A stretch of 64,000 bases of DNA from Sphagnum compactum (taxonomy: Eukaryota): contig OZ234493.1 in the NCBI GenBank assembly GCA_965153455.1, forward strand, positions 31,114,213 to 31,178,212, read 5' to 3'. Below the pieces are notes generated by a model. That model ran no database searches, was not told where the DNA came from, and saw only the letters and a list, made by a program, of their open reading frames with translations. This document shows positions 23,701 through 38,000 of this stretch, in pieces (position 1 is the stretch's first letter; each line of letters opens with the position of its first letter). The translations under genes and the position numbers were made by a program.

Positions 23701-26700
23701 GACTCCTTGCATCTTTGTGTGTCCGATTTGCAGTGGGTATGCAGATCGCATTCGTGAGCTTATCATGATAGCAAGAGAGTTGCGAATCGCTGGTGGTAGC
23801 AAGGTTGTTAGTAACAGAGACAGTGACAGCTACTTTGTGGAAGCAAAATACATTGAGTTTGAAGGTGTGAAGGTTAGTTGCTGATTCAGCCTGGTTCATT
23901 TTTGTTTGTGTCAGCTCACTTTGCCATTGTCCGAATTTTAGGTTTGGTTATCAATCTATCAGCATGATGCAGGTAGTAACACCCACAGGCAACATTTTGG
24001 TGGAAGACTTGACATTGAAGGTGGAACAAGGCTCAAATCTTCTTATCACTGGTGTGTCTTTAACCTAACCTTCCAGCTCTCTTAGGAGAATAAATGCATG
24101 CCTGTCATGTGATCTTAGCCTTCTGAAGTGTCCTTCAGTTTGATCTCATTGGGGGCAAACAAAAGTACGGATGTACTATGTGTTTCTTAGTCTGGCTTAT
24201 GTGGATACCTGTTGCAGGACCAAATGGTAGTGGGAAGAGCTCTTTGTTTCGGGTTCTGGGAGGGCTTTGGCCTCTAGTGGCGGGCCGAATTGCCAAACCT
24301 GGAACAGGAGCAGATTTGAGCCATGAAATTTTCTATGTACCTCAGCGACCTTATATGGCAGTCGGAACTTTGCGTGACCAGCTCATTTACCCACTTACTT
24401 CTGCAGAAGAAACAAAGCCACTGACGATCGATGGCATGCGTGAATTGTTGAAAAATGTAGTGTGCCCTTTTTCTCTCCTTTTGTAGGGGTCAGTCACTAT
24501 AGTCGTGGGAAGATGGACAAAGGTGAATTTTTTTGAGTAAGATTTGCAACTTAAAAGGTTTTCTCCATACAACATCATCCCATGTGCAACTCTGCATGTG
24601 ATTGGTAAAATCAGTTCTAGTCTGCAAATTGTCTTTGCTGTTGTTTTGTGGCCAACCTTTGTCAGTGCCCTCTGATGGAGTCAATTATTTTCTCGAGTTT
24701 AGGTGGACCTGGAATACTTGCTTGACCGCTATCCGCTAGAAGAGGAATTGAACTGGGGGGACGAGCTGTCACTCGGAGAGCAGCAGCGCCTTGGCATGGC
24801 TCGTCTCTTCTATCACCGTCCAGCTTTTGCAATCCTGGATGAATGCACCAGTGCTGTCACCACCGACATGGAGCAACGCTTCTGCAACAAAGTGCGCGCA
24901 ATGGGCACATCCTGTGTCACCATCTCTCACCGTCCTGCACTTGTGGCCTTCCATGACACTGTTCTTTCCCTTGATGGTGAGGGTGGCTGGAGTGTTCACT
25001 ACAAAAGGTTGGGACTTAATGTGGGTTTCAATAAGTTCTGAATGTATGCTTTTATCCTGGTTATACATCAGTTCTACAAACCACTAGATTAGGGTTTCAC
25101 ATGGAGTAAAGTCTTAAGAACCTCGGTTTCTCTTTTTTATTGAGTTCAAGAACTGTGACAGTGATTTGAATTTCATTTTTTTTCTTCAGAGAAAACCCAT
25201 TGGAGATCCTTTTGGAGGAGAAGAATGATCATGAAGACGGTGAACTGCAATCAGATTGCAAGTCAGGTGCAATGGTAGTCCAAGAGCATTTTTTGGCCTC
25301 AACAACCAAGGTACCTATTATTACCTTGTGCAGTTACACAATTCCTTTGTATGTTGACCCTCATAGATAATCAATATGGCTGGATGATGTCTACAGTTGC
25401 AATGTTATTCAGGTTGCATTTTTTTTGAGATCAATTTTCTGTTCTGCAATTTGTCTTACTATGGTTTTTTGCAGGACACACATAATGACTCACAAGCAGA
25501 TGATGCATATGTGAGCACTATATTGGCAACATCTCCTCCCCCTGACCCTCTTATGCCTATTCCATTGGTCCCAAGGTTGAAAGCAGAACCTCGAACGACA
25601 CCTGCCCGAGTCAGCTCCTTGTTGAAAATTTTGGTAAGTCTGACCTAGCCACAACCGTATGTGGGTTCATGCTGGGAGTGGCTTGGAAATTGGTAGTTGC
25701 TTACGAAGGAAAACATTTTCACGGGTGTGATTTGTAGGTTTTCTCTCTTATCTTGATTGAGAACTGAGATATCTGGCATCTAACTATCCCTGACACATGT
25801 AGAACTGCCATCTGGAGTTTTGAGCAACAATCAGTTATTCCCAAACCTGCACTAGTTTCTGATTACAGTGAGGACTTCTAGATGTTGTCTTAATAGTCCA
25901 AAGAAAGGGTTTCCGCATCCATGTTACAGATCTGGGTTCAGTTCTGAAGGTGGTCATGGCTATGGGTAGGTACCAACTATATTGGGTAAGCAAGGAGGTC
26001 AGCTCCTGGCTGTGGCACTGCTTGTTGTGAGCCGTACATGGATTTCTGACCGCATTGCAGATCTCAATGGTAAGCTGTTTGTTGAGTGACCATCCTTCTG
26101 TGATAGTGTGATGCTCTTGCTGGTCAGTAGAGGCTATTGTGGTAAAATTTAAAAGCCAGAGTATAGTTGCCCTGACTATGGGTTGATTGGGATTGGCAGG
26201 CACAAGTTTGAAGCACGTTTTGCATCAAGACAAAGTGGCTTTTATTCGTTTAACGGGCATAAGTGTACTGCAGAGTGTTGCCTCTGCCATTGTTGCTCCA
26301 TCACTCAGGTCTTTGAGCACCCACCTCTATTGGATCTCACTCAATTTCCCCTTTACATTTCTCTACAGAGAGCTTGAGCCATAGTTTTGAGACCTGTTGT
26401 GGCAAAATGGAGTGTCTTAGGCATGGCTGGTGCCTTTGATAGCTGACATGGGTGCTCTTTTTCTTGATCAGGAATTTGACTGCTAAGCTAGCTCTAGGTT
26501 GGCGATACCGGTTGACAGAGTCTCTCTCCAAACTGTACTTCCAAAATAATGCATACTATAAGGTCAGATGCCCACACATTTTCAGCTTTCAGAGAATTGC
26601 AAAGGGCCTTATTTAGGGACCACCTTGTAGGTGGTCTCTAAAGCTGCCTTCTCTTCATGCAGCTACAAGTATGATCAAGGTGTTGATACCCAAGGGCTGG

Positions 26701-29700
26701 GGCATCATCTATAAGTTGCATACAGAAGCAGAGGTTGAATGGTGTTATTATCCAATGACAATATTAAAAAGGATTTGTTCTATAAGTACTGGGAATCGGG
26801 GGCGTTGCAGGCGGTGCACTTGTCTGAAAGTGGCATGGATGCTGACCAACGGATAACACAAGATGTGGACAAACTTTGTGGTGATCTTTCGGGACTGGTC
26901 ACAGGCATGGTGAAGCCTCTGGTGGATATTCTATGGTGAGTTAGAGCTCCCAAGTTGTCAGCTTCTGTTCTACAAGAGGCTTCTGCTATCTGCAAGCTAA
27001 CAAAGTGGGTTGGGGGGGAGGAGGCTATTTCAGCAGAAAAGAGCCTGCAATATGTCATTTCTCTGAAACTTGAAGTTGTGGGAGCTGTGAATGGGGGTTG
27101 CAGGTTCACCATGCGAATGAAAAGCCTCACTGGCAGGAGAGGGGTGGCTATCTTATATGCATACATGTTTCTGGGCTTGGGTTTCCTGCATGCTATTACC
27201 CCTGATTTTGGAGCTTTGTCAAGCAAAGAACAGCAGCTTGAGGGTTATTTCAGGTATGGAGTTCTGTCCAAAAGTGTGGCATGAAGAGCTCCTACTTGTG
27301 TTGAAAAAAATGTGTATCATGGATGTGCTGTGATTTTTTTCCCTGCAGGTATGCACACTCCAGGCTTCGTACACATGCAGAATCGGTGGCTTTTTTTGGA
27401 GGAGGCTCACGTGAACAAGCAGTAAGAATTACCAACTCTAGTTGAAGTTATCATCTCTAGTGCCAGTTTGTACCCTTGTCAGTATGGTTTTGTGGCTTGG
27501 ACTTCTTAGAGACTACTACGATGCTTGGAGATGGTTCAAAGAATATGGTGTGGTGTTGAAGACTAGAATGAGAGATTCATCTGGGTTCATGCAGGTGGTT
27601 GAAGGTCGCTTCAAAACCCTGCTCACACACTCACACAAGCTACTGAGGAAGCGTTGGGTATTTGGAATTGCTGATGAGTTTCTAACCAAGCAACTGCCTC
27701 ACAATGTGACATGGGGGCTTAGCTTACTGTACGCAGTTGAGCATGGTGGAGACCGTGCTCAAGTCTCTGTTCAAGGTTGGTTGTTTCCCTTTGTGTTTCA
27801 TATTCAAGGTATTGCATGTCCTTGAAGGGTTTAGGGTTTAGGGTTTTCTAAACCCTAAACCCAGTCACTTTCTTCTATTGCCTACAAGTTACTAGAGAAG
27901 AATTGGGTAGCTCATCTTATCATTCACTAAGGTATAAGATATGGGGTCTGCAGCGGAGCTGGCACATGATCTGCGCTTCTTAGCATCAGTCGTTTCCCAA
28001 AGCTTTCTTGCATTTGGGGATATTATGGAGCTCTACCGGAAATTTGTGGAGCTCTCAGGTGGAATCACCAGGGTTTCCGAACTGGAAGAATTGCTTCGTG
28101 CAGCCCAGAATGGTGAGTGTCACCATTTCATACTGTAGACTGGCATGAGCTTCATTTCCTTCATGAATATGGTTTGTTTCGGGTTGTTTTGAGATGTTCA
28201 CTTTCTTATGGCAGAGTAACCTGCAAAAGTTCTGGGTTCAAAACCATTTTACTTAGGACTTCAAAACCAGTTCACAGCTTTGCAGTGAAGTCTTGTGTAC
28301 TTTTGGATGATTTGTTTGTAAAAGGAAACTGCTGGCCATGTTAGGTTAAAGAATTAGCATTGTTGATAGTAATGGCTGTCCTGTCACTGCAGATACAAAG
28401 ATTCCAAAGTCATCAAGCCCATCCCCAAATCCTTTGTTAATGATAGAGCAACAAAGGAAATTTCCTGTCAACAACGGTATTGTCTTCTCCGAGGTGGACA
28501 TAGTTGCACCTGGGCAAAAGTTGCTTGCTCGCAAGTTGTCTTTCCGGATCAATTCTGGTCAGAGCATGCTTGTCACAGGTCTGCTACTGCCGCTTCCTTC
28601 TTAAATGGATGAAGTTGATGGAATCATTTGATCTGTTGCATATGCTTGTGGCAGCATGTAGCCTAATGAGTTTGAATAAGAAATATGGGGATCAAACCTT
28701 CTTCAACGTGGGTGCCCTTTTCATCTTGCAAAAGTGATGGTTCTGTGGATGCTTTCAACAACTCTTGCATGTCATGGAAAATCTCTTTGCTTTGGCACAC
28801 ATGATGGAGTGCTTCTGTATCTGATGGGTCATGGGGTATAGGTCCAAATGGAAGTGGAAAGAGCTCACTGTTCCGGGTGCTTGGAGGGTTGTGGCCAATT
28901 GTGAGTGGAAGCATTGCAAAGCCAGGCATGCTCCTAACAGATGGAAATAATGAGAGTACAGGTTTAAGCCATGAGATTTTCTATGTTCCACAGCGGCCAT
29001 ACACTGCCTTGGGAAGTCTTCGGGATCAGCTGATCTACCCACTGACTCTTGCAGATGCCACTAGAAAAGTCCTACAAGACAATGAACAAGATAGCTATAT
29101 CAATGGTAACTAGTTTTTCTCAGATCTCTTTACTCCTTGCTGGTACCAGGATCAACAGTAGGCCTTGATGTTCCCAGCAAAATGAATGCCCAATATTGCA
29201 TATCTATGGACTCTAGGAGGAGAGAATCACATTCCCAATGGCACTTGCTATTGCACAACATCTGTGCATAGATTCTTCTTTCAAAAGGAAGTACACCAAG
29301 TGAAGCAAACTAATGTTTCTGTGGTTTTCTGAATTTTGTATAGGAATGGGGAGTCCTTTAAGTGTGCAGACAAGTACTCCCCAAAATGCCATAGAATTGC
29401 TGGACCAGAGGTTGCGATCCATATTGGAAGATGTAAGGCTTGTTTATTTGCTCGAGCGTGAAGGAGGCTGGGATGTGACAGCAAACTGGGAAGACATGCT
29501 GTCGCTTGGAGAACAGCAACGCCTTGGCATGGTATGTTAGTGTCCTTCCCCAAAAAGGTTCTCAAGATTCTGCTCTTAGGCAACATCAGTGCAGTCAGTA
29601 AATATATATATGGTGATTGCCAAAAGATCATGAGCTGAGAGGCCCAAGAGCTGGAAACTAATGGATCATGCTTTTGCTTTTGGCAGGCGCGGTTATTTTT

Positions 29701-30648
29701 CCATCATCCAAAGTTTGGAATCCTGGATGAATGTACCAAGTAAGTCCCATCTCCTGCACATCATCAAGACACATTTTTTGATTTCAGTAGTGCTGATGTG
29801 CAATTTGGATCACATTGTTCAATGTCTGTATAGTCTTCCCTTCTCTGTATTTCTTCTTCCCTGTTCTGAAGTCACCTATCTGGAGTTTTTCTTTGACTTG
29901 AAAGGAAAGCTTTTTTCACAGGGTTCTGAAACTTTTAGCATTGTGAGTATGGAGATTTACTGATACTCATGAGAGTTTATTTTGATGTTCAAATTGTTGC
30001 TAAAGCATCAGCCTTAGGCATGAAAAGAGGTGTGTCAAATTTGAGAATGTGCCTGATCAGATGCACTGCATCTTTCTGCAGTGCTACAAGTGTGGATGTT
30101 GAGGAGAGTCTTTACAAACGAGCTCAGGCTCTTGGAATTGCTGTTGTCACCATCTCACAGGTTTGCTCAAACCTCATGTATTTTCACAGTTGGTTTTTAT
30201 TTTGGTGTCAGAATATAGCGCATTTGGCACATTTACAGAGCATTTGGCATGGGATTAAAAGTGACAGGGTAGCAGTGTCTTGGCCATGCTACATGCAGCT
30301 ACCCAGCACAATGTACCACATGTACATTTTCCAGGGCTTATATTTATGGTGCTGTAGCTGAGCTGATATGCAAGCTGACAGTCAGTCCTAGAAGCTTTAC
30401 TTTGGAGACAAGTGACTTCTTGTCACCAGGTGTCTATGATCAGCAAGATTGGATGTGCCAGTTGAAGACTTACAGTCCATTTGATGTGTGATCAGAAGAC
30501 CTTGAACCACTTTGAGTCTCAGATGATTTACCTTGTGAAAGTGGTGATGTTTCTGCAGCGTCCAGCATTGATACCTTACCACTCAATGGAGCTCCGCTTG
30601 ATTGATGGTGAAGGAGGTTGGGAGCTACGATCAATCAAGCATGACTGA
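20734..30648 (+). CDS. ABCD1: Peroxisomal full-size ABC transporter, subfamily D (PXA1/COMATOSE/ABCD1-like), 25 exons, about 1377 aa
   Basis: GT-AG exons joining in frame: 20734-20807, 21627-21918, 22251-22475, 22723-22920, 23163-23617, 23734-23872, 23973-24051, 24218-24456, 24703-25007, 25190-25310, 25475-25633, 25970-26069, 26200-26308, 26472-26562, 26811-26935, 27104-27253, 27349-27421, 27595-27775, 27954-28112, 28393-28578, 28842-29105, 29344-29531, 29687-29739, 30082-30160, 30559-30648. Two Walker A (GPNGSGKSS), two [15 protein letters not shown] signatures, ILDECT Walker B, and EAA-like [10 protein letters not shown] / [10 protein letters not shown]. Confidence 0.96.
20845..21085 (+). 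repeat. About 120-bp imperfect tandem duplication in ABCD intron 1
   Basis: TCTTCATGTG..TTTTCTGAAACCAAC..TAGGGTTTCCAGTAGCTGG(T/C)ATGATGAAGG occurs twice in succession. Confidence 0.8.
27826..27862. repeat. Head-to-head plant telomere repeats in an ABCD intron
   Basis: AGGGTTTAGGGTTTAGGGTTTTC followed by TAAACCCTAAACCC. Confidence 0.8.
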
Positions 30649-32042
30649 GTTGTATGAAGCATGCATCATGGGTGCAATGGCCAACAATCTTAAACTTGGT
30701 GTTAAGACGAGAATACTTAGTACTTAGGTAAAGAAAACACATATGCAACTAGCTAGCCACATGGTGAATGGTACATTTCACTTCAAATTGCATTCTTTTT
30801 TTGACATAGGTGATCCACCAACTGATGTGGGTGGGGGCTGTAGCGCAGGGTGCAATGCAACGAAGATACAAGAGCTTTGTCATGGATATAGTTTCTTGTC
30901 AACATTATGTGCCTTCCTGTCTGCAGAAAAAGGGATGATGGATTCCAGACAGTTAGTGATTGTGTGGAACATGGGTCGACATCATCAACCTCCATGTTAT
31001 CAGCAGCCTCAACATTTGTAATCTAAGATAACCCATTATACAGAGCCTTTTCTGTGATTATATTTATTGATGTTTATGAATGAATGTGGGTCTTCAATAT
31101 GGCCATGTTGGTGTCAGATTGTGCATTGGTCTCTCTGCTGGTGGAGTGTTCACGGGAGTTGTACAACTTCCCCATATGTATGTTACTAGCCAACGTGCTT
31201 CAGCAAACTAATTGTAACAGTACTGACAATTGTGCATAGGGCTTCCTGAAGTAGTACTAGCAAATAGAAGTACCAGTCAAAAGCTGCCACACTGAAAATA
31301 AATGAATTTATGAAGGATTGTAAATTTAAGAACCTGTGTTTTGGTAAGAACCCATATTTGGAGATACCAGTCACTGTTGTCTTGAAACTTTCATGGAAAT
31401 AGGCTGTCAGAAGTGACAGACTGGCTGATCATTAGTTGAGGTTATTAGGCCTCATGAGCATACAAGTCCAGATGTGAGAGCAATACCTTAATGAATCCTT
31501 TGGGGCTTGGATTGCATGACAAGCCAAGGAAGTAAACTGTGAGGTTCTTCCCCTTTTCAGAGGTATTAACTGGTTACTCTCCTGGAAATTTATTTTGTTG
31601 GTTTTGTCCATGCGATTGTACAACCTGACCTTCTTTAGACCAGAGGAAATTGTTTCTAGAAAGAGCAAACAAATACCTTTCCTGTGCTCCTGCTTTTGTT
31701 CCAGCTGCAGGTCCTTGATCTTTTTCCAGTTTTAGACTTTTAAACGAGTTGATGCAAGCATTTTTGCATATGGAAGTTTTGAAGTCATCACTTTTGTGAT
31801 TGGAGACAGTGGGCTGACAAAGTCTTTTAGGGTAGTTTCTTAGTTTTTCATACACTCTCAAGAAACATGATCCGTGGTGGTTGCACCTTAGGACCTGAGC
31901 ACAATTCTTGGTGAAGTTCATGATGTAAGTAAGTTGTTGGATGTGTGATCTTGCATCCTTCATTTTGAGCATCAAGAGCAGATTACAAGCTTAGATTGAA
32001 ACATGAATTGCACAAATCAGATTTCGGCTCTGCAATGGGAAG

Positions 32043-32830
32043 CACTACAAGCGACAATCAAATTGACATTAAGGTCAGATATTAATATATTTTAATTTGT
32101 GATGTTGGAAATCATGTCATGATAATTTGCATTTACCCATTGTGATGTTACGAATAATTTTTGATGATGTCAATAATTTTTTTATTTTCTTTTTATAATA
32201 TCATGATAATTTTTCTATGTACAATGTTTTATTCATCAAGATTTCATGTTGTGACAATTTTGCGCATGTTTTTTTTTTTTTATCATGTCATGTCATGACA
32301 ATTTTTATGTTTGTGTTTTACTCGCAATGTTTTGATAATTTGTGGAATTATCTGATCAAATTTGCCAAATTTGTCAAAGCGATTTTTTGTGTTTATATTT
32401 GATTCATCATGGTTTTTTTTTAAAAAAAATTGGAAATTATATAATCAAGAGAATTTTTTTTGTGTAAATTGTGTGTGTGTTTTTTTTAAATATTCATGTT
32501 GCATTCCACAATTTTGTGTTTTGGTGTTATTTAATTTGCCTTACAAGAAATTTGAGTTTTTCATTGTTGCAACGTTTTGATAATTTGTGGAATTATCTGA
32601 TCAAATTTGCCAAATTTGTCAAAGCGATTTTTTTGTGTTTATATTTGATTCATCATGGTTTTTTTTTAAAAAAAAATTGGAAATTATATAATCAAGAGAA
32701 TTTTTTGTGTGTAAATTTGTGTGTGTTTTTTTTTAATATTCATGTTGCATTCCACAATTTTGTGTTTTGGTGTTATTTAATTTTCCTTACAAGAAAATTT
32801 GAGTTTTTCATTGTCTTGATTGTTGTAGTA
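32043..32830. mobile_element. Probable degenerate non-autonomous CACTA element containing a 245-bp tandem duplication
   Basis: Starts CACTACAA, ends TTGTAGTA; near-identical copies at 32324-32568 and 32569-32814. No clear TSD. Confidence 0.5.
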
Positions 32831-35091
32831 TTGCATTAAACAATGGTTTTTTTTTTGTTTTTTTTTTTTGGGTGTTTTTGGGTATTTATTTTGGAAGATA
32901 ATTTAGTGTTTTGCAGTGTCAAGTAGGTAGTGAGGGATAAAAACAAAAAGTGGTAAATGTAGGGTTACTCTAGCACCTAACACCTGGTGTCCATGCAAAG
33001 CTTGGGTGACAAACCCACTTGGAAATTATTTATCTTGCTCTTATTTTATTCACAAGGCATGTAATGAAGACATTTGTCAATGATAATATAAATAAGTGAA
33101 ATTTAGCACTAGAATCCAGGGTTGGGTTTTTTTATAAATTTATTAAAATTAATTTTTTTTAAAATTTTATTTTTGGCAAATTCCTCATGTAGGTCCCCAA
33201 TGGCAAGGATCCCCAGCAATTGTTAGCCATTAAATCAAAAATGCTGCTACAAATGGCAACTCAAGAAGTGCATAGGTCTAGATGTGGCTAATTTAGTTAT
33301 TTTTATCTCAAAAAATGAAGAAAAATAAAATCCTTTTTTAAAAAACTTCCTCTTTTCTTTTCATTTACTAAAAATCTAGCAAAATAAATAAAATTCAGAA
33401 TTTTTTAAAAAAGGGATGAGATGCCTAAATTACATCAGAAAACTGCCCTCCCCAAAAAAAAAACCCACCAAAGTAGGAAAAAATTAAAACAAATTAAAAA
33501 ATAATAATAATAAAATAAAAACTCCAAGTGAGTCTGGAGTGTACAGCTGTACACGTACTCGTTGTTACACGCCTGCATGCGGCATCGTACGAGTGGCAAC
33601 TGCGAATATTCCCAAGACTGCGATTCGTCTCCCCCACCATCATCCCTCCCTCACTCACTCACTCTCTCTTTCTTTCGAAACTCCAGTTGCACACAATTTG
33701 GACCCAAATCTTGCTGTGGATTCATGTCCTTCTACAGTCTTTAGAAATTGGTGGTGATTTCCAGTTTTCGGTGTCTCGGAAGTAAAATTGCGTCACGGTG
33801 GGTCGTAGTTGATTTCTCACTTTTGTAGGATTTGCTGAAGAGTGAGAGAAATTTAGGGTGATTTCTCTCCAATCTCGAGGGAGCTCAGCAGCAGTAGTGT
33901 TGCATGCAGAATTTGTACATGCACGAGACACAATTTCGTCTAATTGATTGATAATCCCCAATAGTAAATGTTTAAAAGATCAGCTCCTGTCCGAGCTTTT
34001 CTTAAGTGAGTGGTTCTTTTTTTTCCCCCAGAAGATTTGGAAGTTTGTACACACCAGGTATGTCAATTTTTTGTGGTGCTACTGAAGAATTTGTGGCTGC
34101 TGCAGTTGTGGAATTGGTTCTTGCTCATCATTTGTTTCAACGAGCTGCCTGATTGATTGATGAGGTGTAGGAGCAATGTTCAATTGAGTTGATGAAGTTC
34201 AATGCCCCTACTAGAAGTTGCAGAAGCTGAAAATTGGGTTCAGCTTGCAGTTCTAGAAGTTATGAAAATTGGGTTGATGTTGATCCTTAGTCTTGTTATT
34301 GGGAGCTGTTTTTTTCTTTTTCTTTTTTTCCTTTTTTTCTCACTTGGGTGAGTGTGGAATTTCTGTGTCAGAAAAATTCTCATGTTGTAATTTCTAGCCG
34401 AAACCAATGAAGATTTCTTGACGCTGGTTTGGGTGAGGTTTCTTTCTGCAAAATCTCAACTTTTGGCTCTATGTCGCATGCAAGTTCAGAAGCTTGGACT
34501 CATTTCTTTCCAAAGCGGGGTTGTGGAATTTTAGGGTTAACAAATCTTGAGCTCTTGTCATGCTTTGAAATACATGGTTGAAGAAATCTGATCTTTTGTG
34601 GTGGGGTTTTGGAAAATTCTGGAAACTGTCAAGGATGAGATTTATGGGTTTTAGAAAATTTTGGAAAATGTCAAGGATGAGGTTTATTGCCTTCTGCTTA
34701 TGGACAAAATGTAGGAAAAAAATTTCCTTTTGATCAAAACCACACACACAGTAGTATTTGCTGCTTTTAATGAATACTTCTGGGGCATGGGGACAAACAG
34801 GGGGAGGAAGGAAGCAAGCGAGCGGGGCTCACATGGATTGAGAAGTATTGAAGGTCAAGTTCTCTTCTTTCTTTTATAAATGACAAAATGAAGATGCTTT
34901 CTCATGAATATTGGCATGACCCACAACTGACTACTCTACTTGGGGCAGATTTCTTTGCCAGGATTTTGTTCAAAAGTTATACATCCCTGTAACGGCACAG
35001 TGAACAGGTTGATAGTTGATACAGCCTACATTGATACTTAACTAGAGACCATTGCTACTCACAGGTGATCAGACAGTGAACACACACACCA

Positions 35092-38000
35092 ATGGACAAT
35101 TTGTTAAGGATGGAGACAATGATCAGTACAAACTCATGGTCAAAACTGGTTTTTGAACCTGGAGAGGAGTTTGACAATCGCCTCATTACCAACATGGGTA
35201 ACTTCTCGATGTATACATGGGCATTGATAATTGCTGGCACTTTCACACTTTTTGCTCTCAGCCTTTCGTCACACCTTCTCCGAAGCCATCTTTCCAGCTA
35301 TAACAATCCCAATGTGAGAATTTCTCCATCTTTCCAGCCTATGTAACAATCCAAATGTGAGGTTTATTTTTCTGACAGAAGTTTAAAAAAAAAGAAAAAA
35401 GTTGGAACTTTTCTCCTCATTGATTTTTTTTTGCACGGACTGGATTGCCTGGTACTTGTTCCAACGCAAATTCATATGTGAAGAATAAGAAGAAGTATCT
35501 GGTGTCAGATTTGTATCGATTTTTTGCATGTGGGAAATTTATTCACAGTTTTTGCTTCTTTCTGGAGTGGGTCATGGATCAGAGATGCAGTTGTTTCTGC
35601 TGTGGAATTTGTTGTCGTTCCAAAATATCTGAATTTGACCTTAACTTGATCCATGGTTGATGGAGTCATGGGTGGGTGATGTATGTGAAAGTCTGCTTCT
35701 TTCTCTCATGGGTTTAGTCAAGTCATAGAATCAACATATTGTGGTGCCTTAGATGATCTTTGCTATTATGAAAGTTGACTGGATTGAAGTTAAATCAGTC
35801 CTTGGGGCAAGAAGAAGCAGATATGATGATTAATCTTCACTGGTTTTCTCTTTTTGTGTTTTCCCTTTGCAGGAGCAAAAATGGCTGATCGGTATTATAT
35901 TGATGGTTCCTGTTTATTCAGTCACATCGGTAACAGAACTTTTCACTTCATTGAGCTATCACTTTGTATTCCTGTTTCATACTAGGGAGATGATTTCTGT
36001 GCCAGGGTCTCAGATTACCCGAGCCTCCTTTTCTAGATCTGCAGCCTTTTAAAAGAAACAAAGAAAAAAGATTGTCCACATCCAATGCACAGAACTTTTT
36101 TCTTCTCATTTGCTATGCTCTTGCATAGGCTGCAGTTCTTATCATTGTCGAAGCCCAGATATGCTGTGTACATTGCAACATTGGGAGAATGCTATGAAGC
36201 ATTTGCTCTTTACTCCTTTGGGCGCTACCTGATTGCCTGCCTAGGTGAATATCCCCTCATAATGCTCCAATTGCTCTACTATTTTTTTCCCTAATTTGAT
36301 CTTAGCAACTACGCTGGAAATCTGGATACATATATATATATATATATATGATTTTTATTTTATTTTTAAAAACAAAATCCTCGACACTTACTTGTACAAT
36401 GTGACATTTAGCCATCTGGGAAAATACTTTATAGATGGGTTTATGGGTGGGTTTGTGAATTTGAATTGCCCATTTGCATATGTGCAATTAACTTCAGTGT
36501 TGATTTGTACGTAGGTGAAGAGGAGATGGCAGTTACAAGGTTGGCAAAACAAGGATCAGACAAGGAGTTCATGCACAGTGGGCTGTTACTGGATGAAAAA
36601 TCAGGCTCAGACCATCATGATTTGGTGGCACATCCTGTTCCTCTCAAATGGTGTCTGGATCCATGGCGACTCGGTCGCCAATTTTATGACACGACCAAAT
36701 TTGGCATTGTGCAATATGTAAGACACTTGTGTTATTATATCACAACCACATAATCAATCGGTCATTCTCATTACTGTTATGTTGCAAATATATAGCCGAT
36801 TTTGGGAAAATGTCCTTGGATGAATTTCTTTTCACCTTTTATCCATTGAAGCCGTTGATCAAGAACGGGAGGATGAGAAATTATCCTTCCAAGGATTTTC
36901 CAGTATATATATATACATACTGAGAGCGTTCGTTTGATGAGTTGGAGTTTTTAGTTTTTACGTTACAATTAATTCTAGACTTGGGCCACCTTTGCAGAGA
37001 GACATCCAGATTCTGAGTTTCCAGGTTCAGGGTTTAGGGTTTAAACCCTAAACCCTTTACCCTTGCTCAAAGAATTGGATGTTTTTGGACTTGAGAGATC
37101 TCATGCAAGCAAGTCACTGGGGTTTTTTTACATTGCAGATTATAATGAAAGTGCTGGGATCATGGGCTGCTCTCATCCTGGAGATATTCGATAAGTATGG
37201 TGAAGGCGATTTTGATTTTTCAAAGGGGTAAAACATTTTCAGTACATTTCTGGCATGCTTGGTTCTTTTTCTGTCATCCTTTCTGCAAATGGGATAGCTT
37301 CCATTTTAGCTCTGAGCCTTTCTGCCTTACCCTTCTGTAGTATGTGCTTATATAGCCCTTGTCTCCCAAGGTGGATTGTCACATAAATGTATGCCTCAAT
37401 GTAAAGAGCTATGAGGAGTTTTCTAGTGTATTTGGAGGTAACCATATATAGGGCAGAAATTTTTCATCTGCAAAAGGGTGAGCATTTCAAAAAGCAAAAT
37501 GTATGTTTTTTTCTTGAAGGTTTTTGTTGAACATTTTCCTTCTTTGCATTTTCTCTAACAGCAAATTGTGTGGGGAATTTCTTGGGGCAGGTACCCGTAC
37601 ATAACAGTAGTTCAAAATTTTAGCCAATTGTGGGCGCTTTACTGTCTTGTGAAATTCTACCAGGTCACCAAGCACGAGCTCCACGAGATCAACCCATTAG
37701 CCAAATTCCTTTGTTTCAAGGCAGTTGTGTTTGTCACATGGTGGCAAGGTGTGGTAATCGCATTGCTGTTCACCACTGGCATTGTCACAACCCAACCTGC
37801 ATCTCCCCACAAACCCAGTGACAATGCACCTGCAGAGCAGCTCCAGACCAGCCTCCAGAACTTCATTATTTGCATTGAAGTAAGTTTCTCTTGTCTTGTG
37901 CAGTTCCAGGGAACTATGAAGCTCAATTGCATTGTACAGTTACACATAGAAAACTCACAACCATAAGATGATCTTTGAGTTTTCTAATACGATAAATTGA

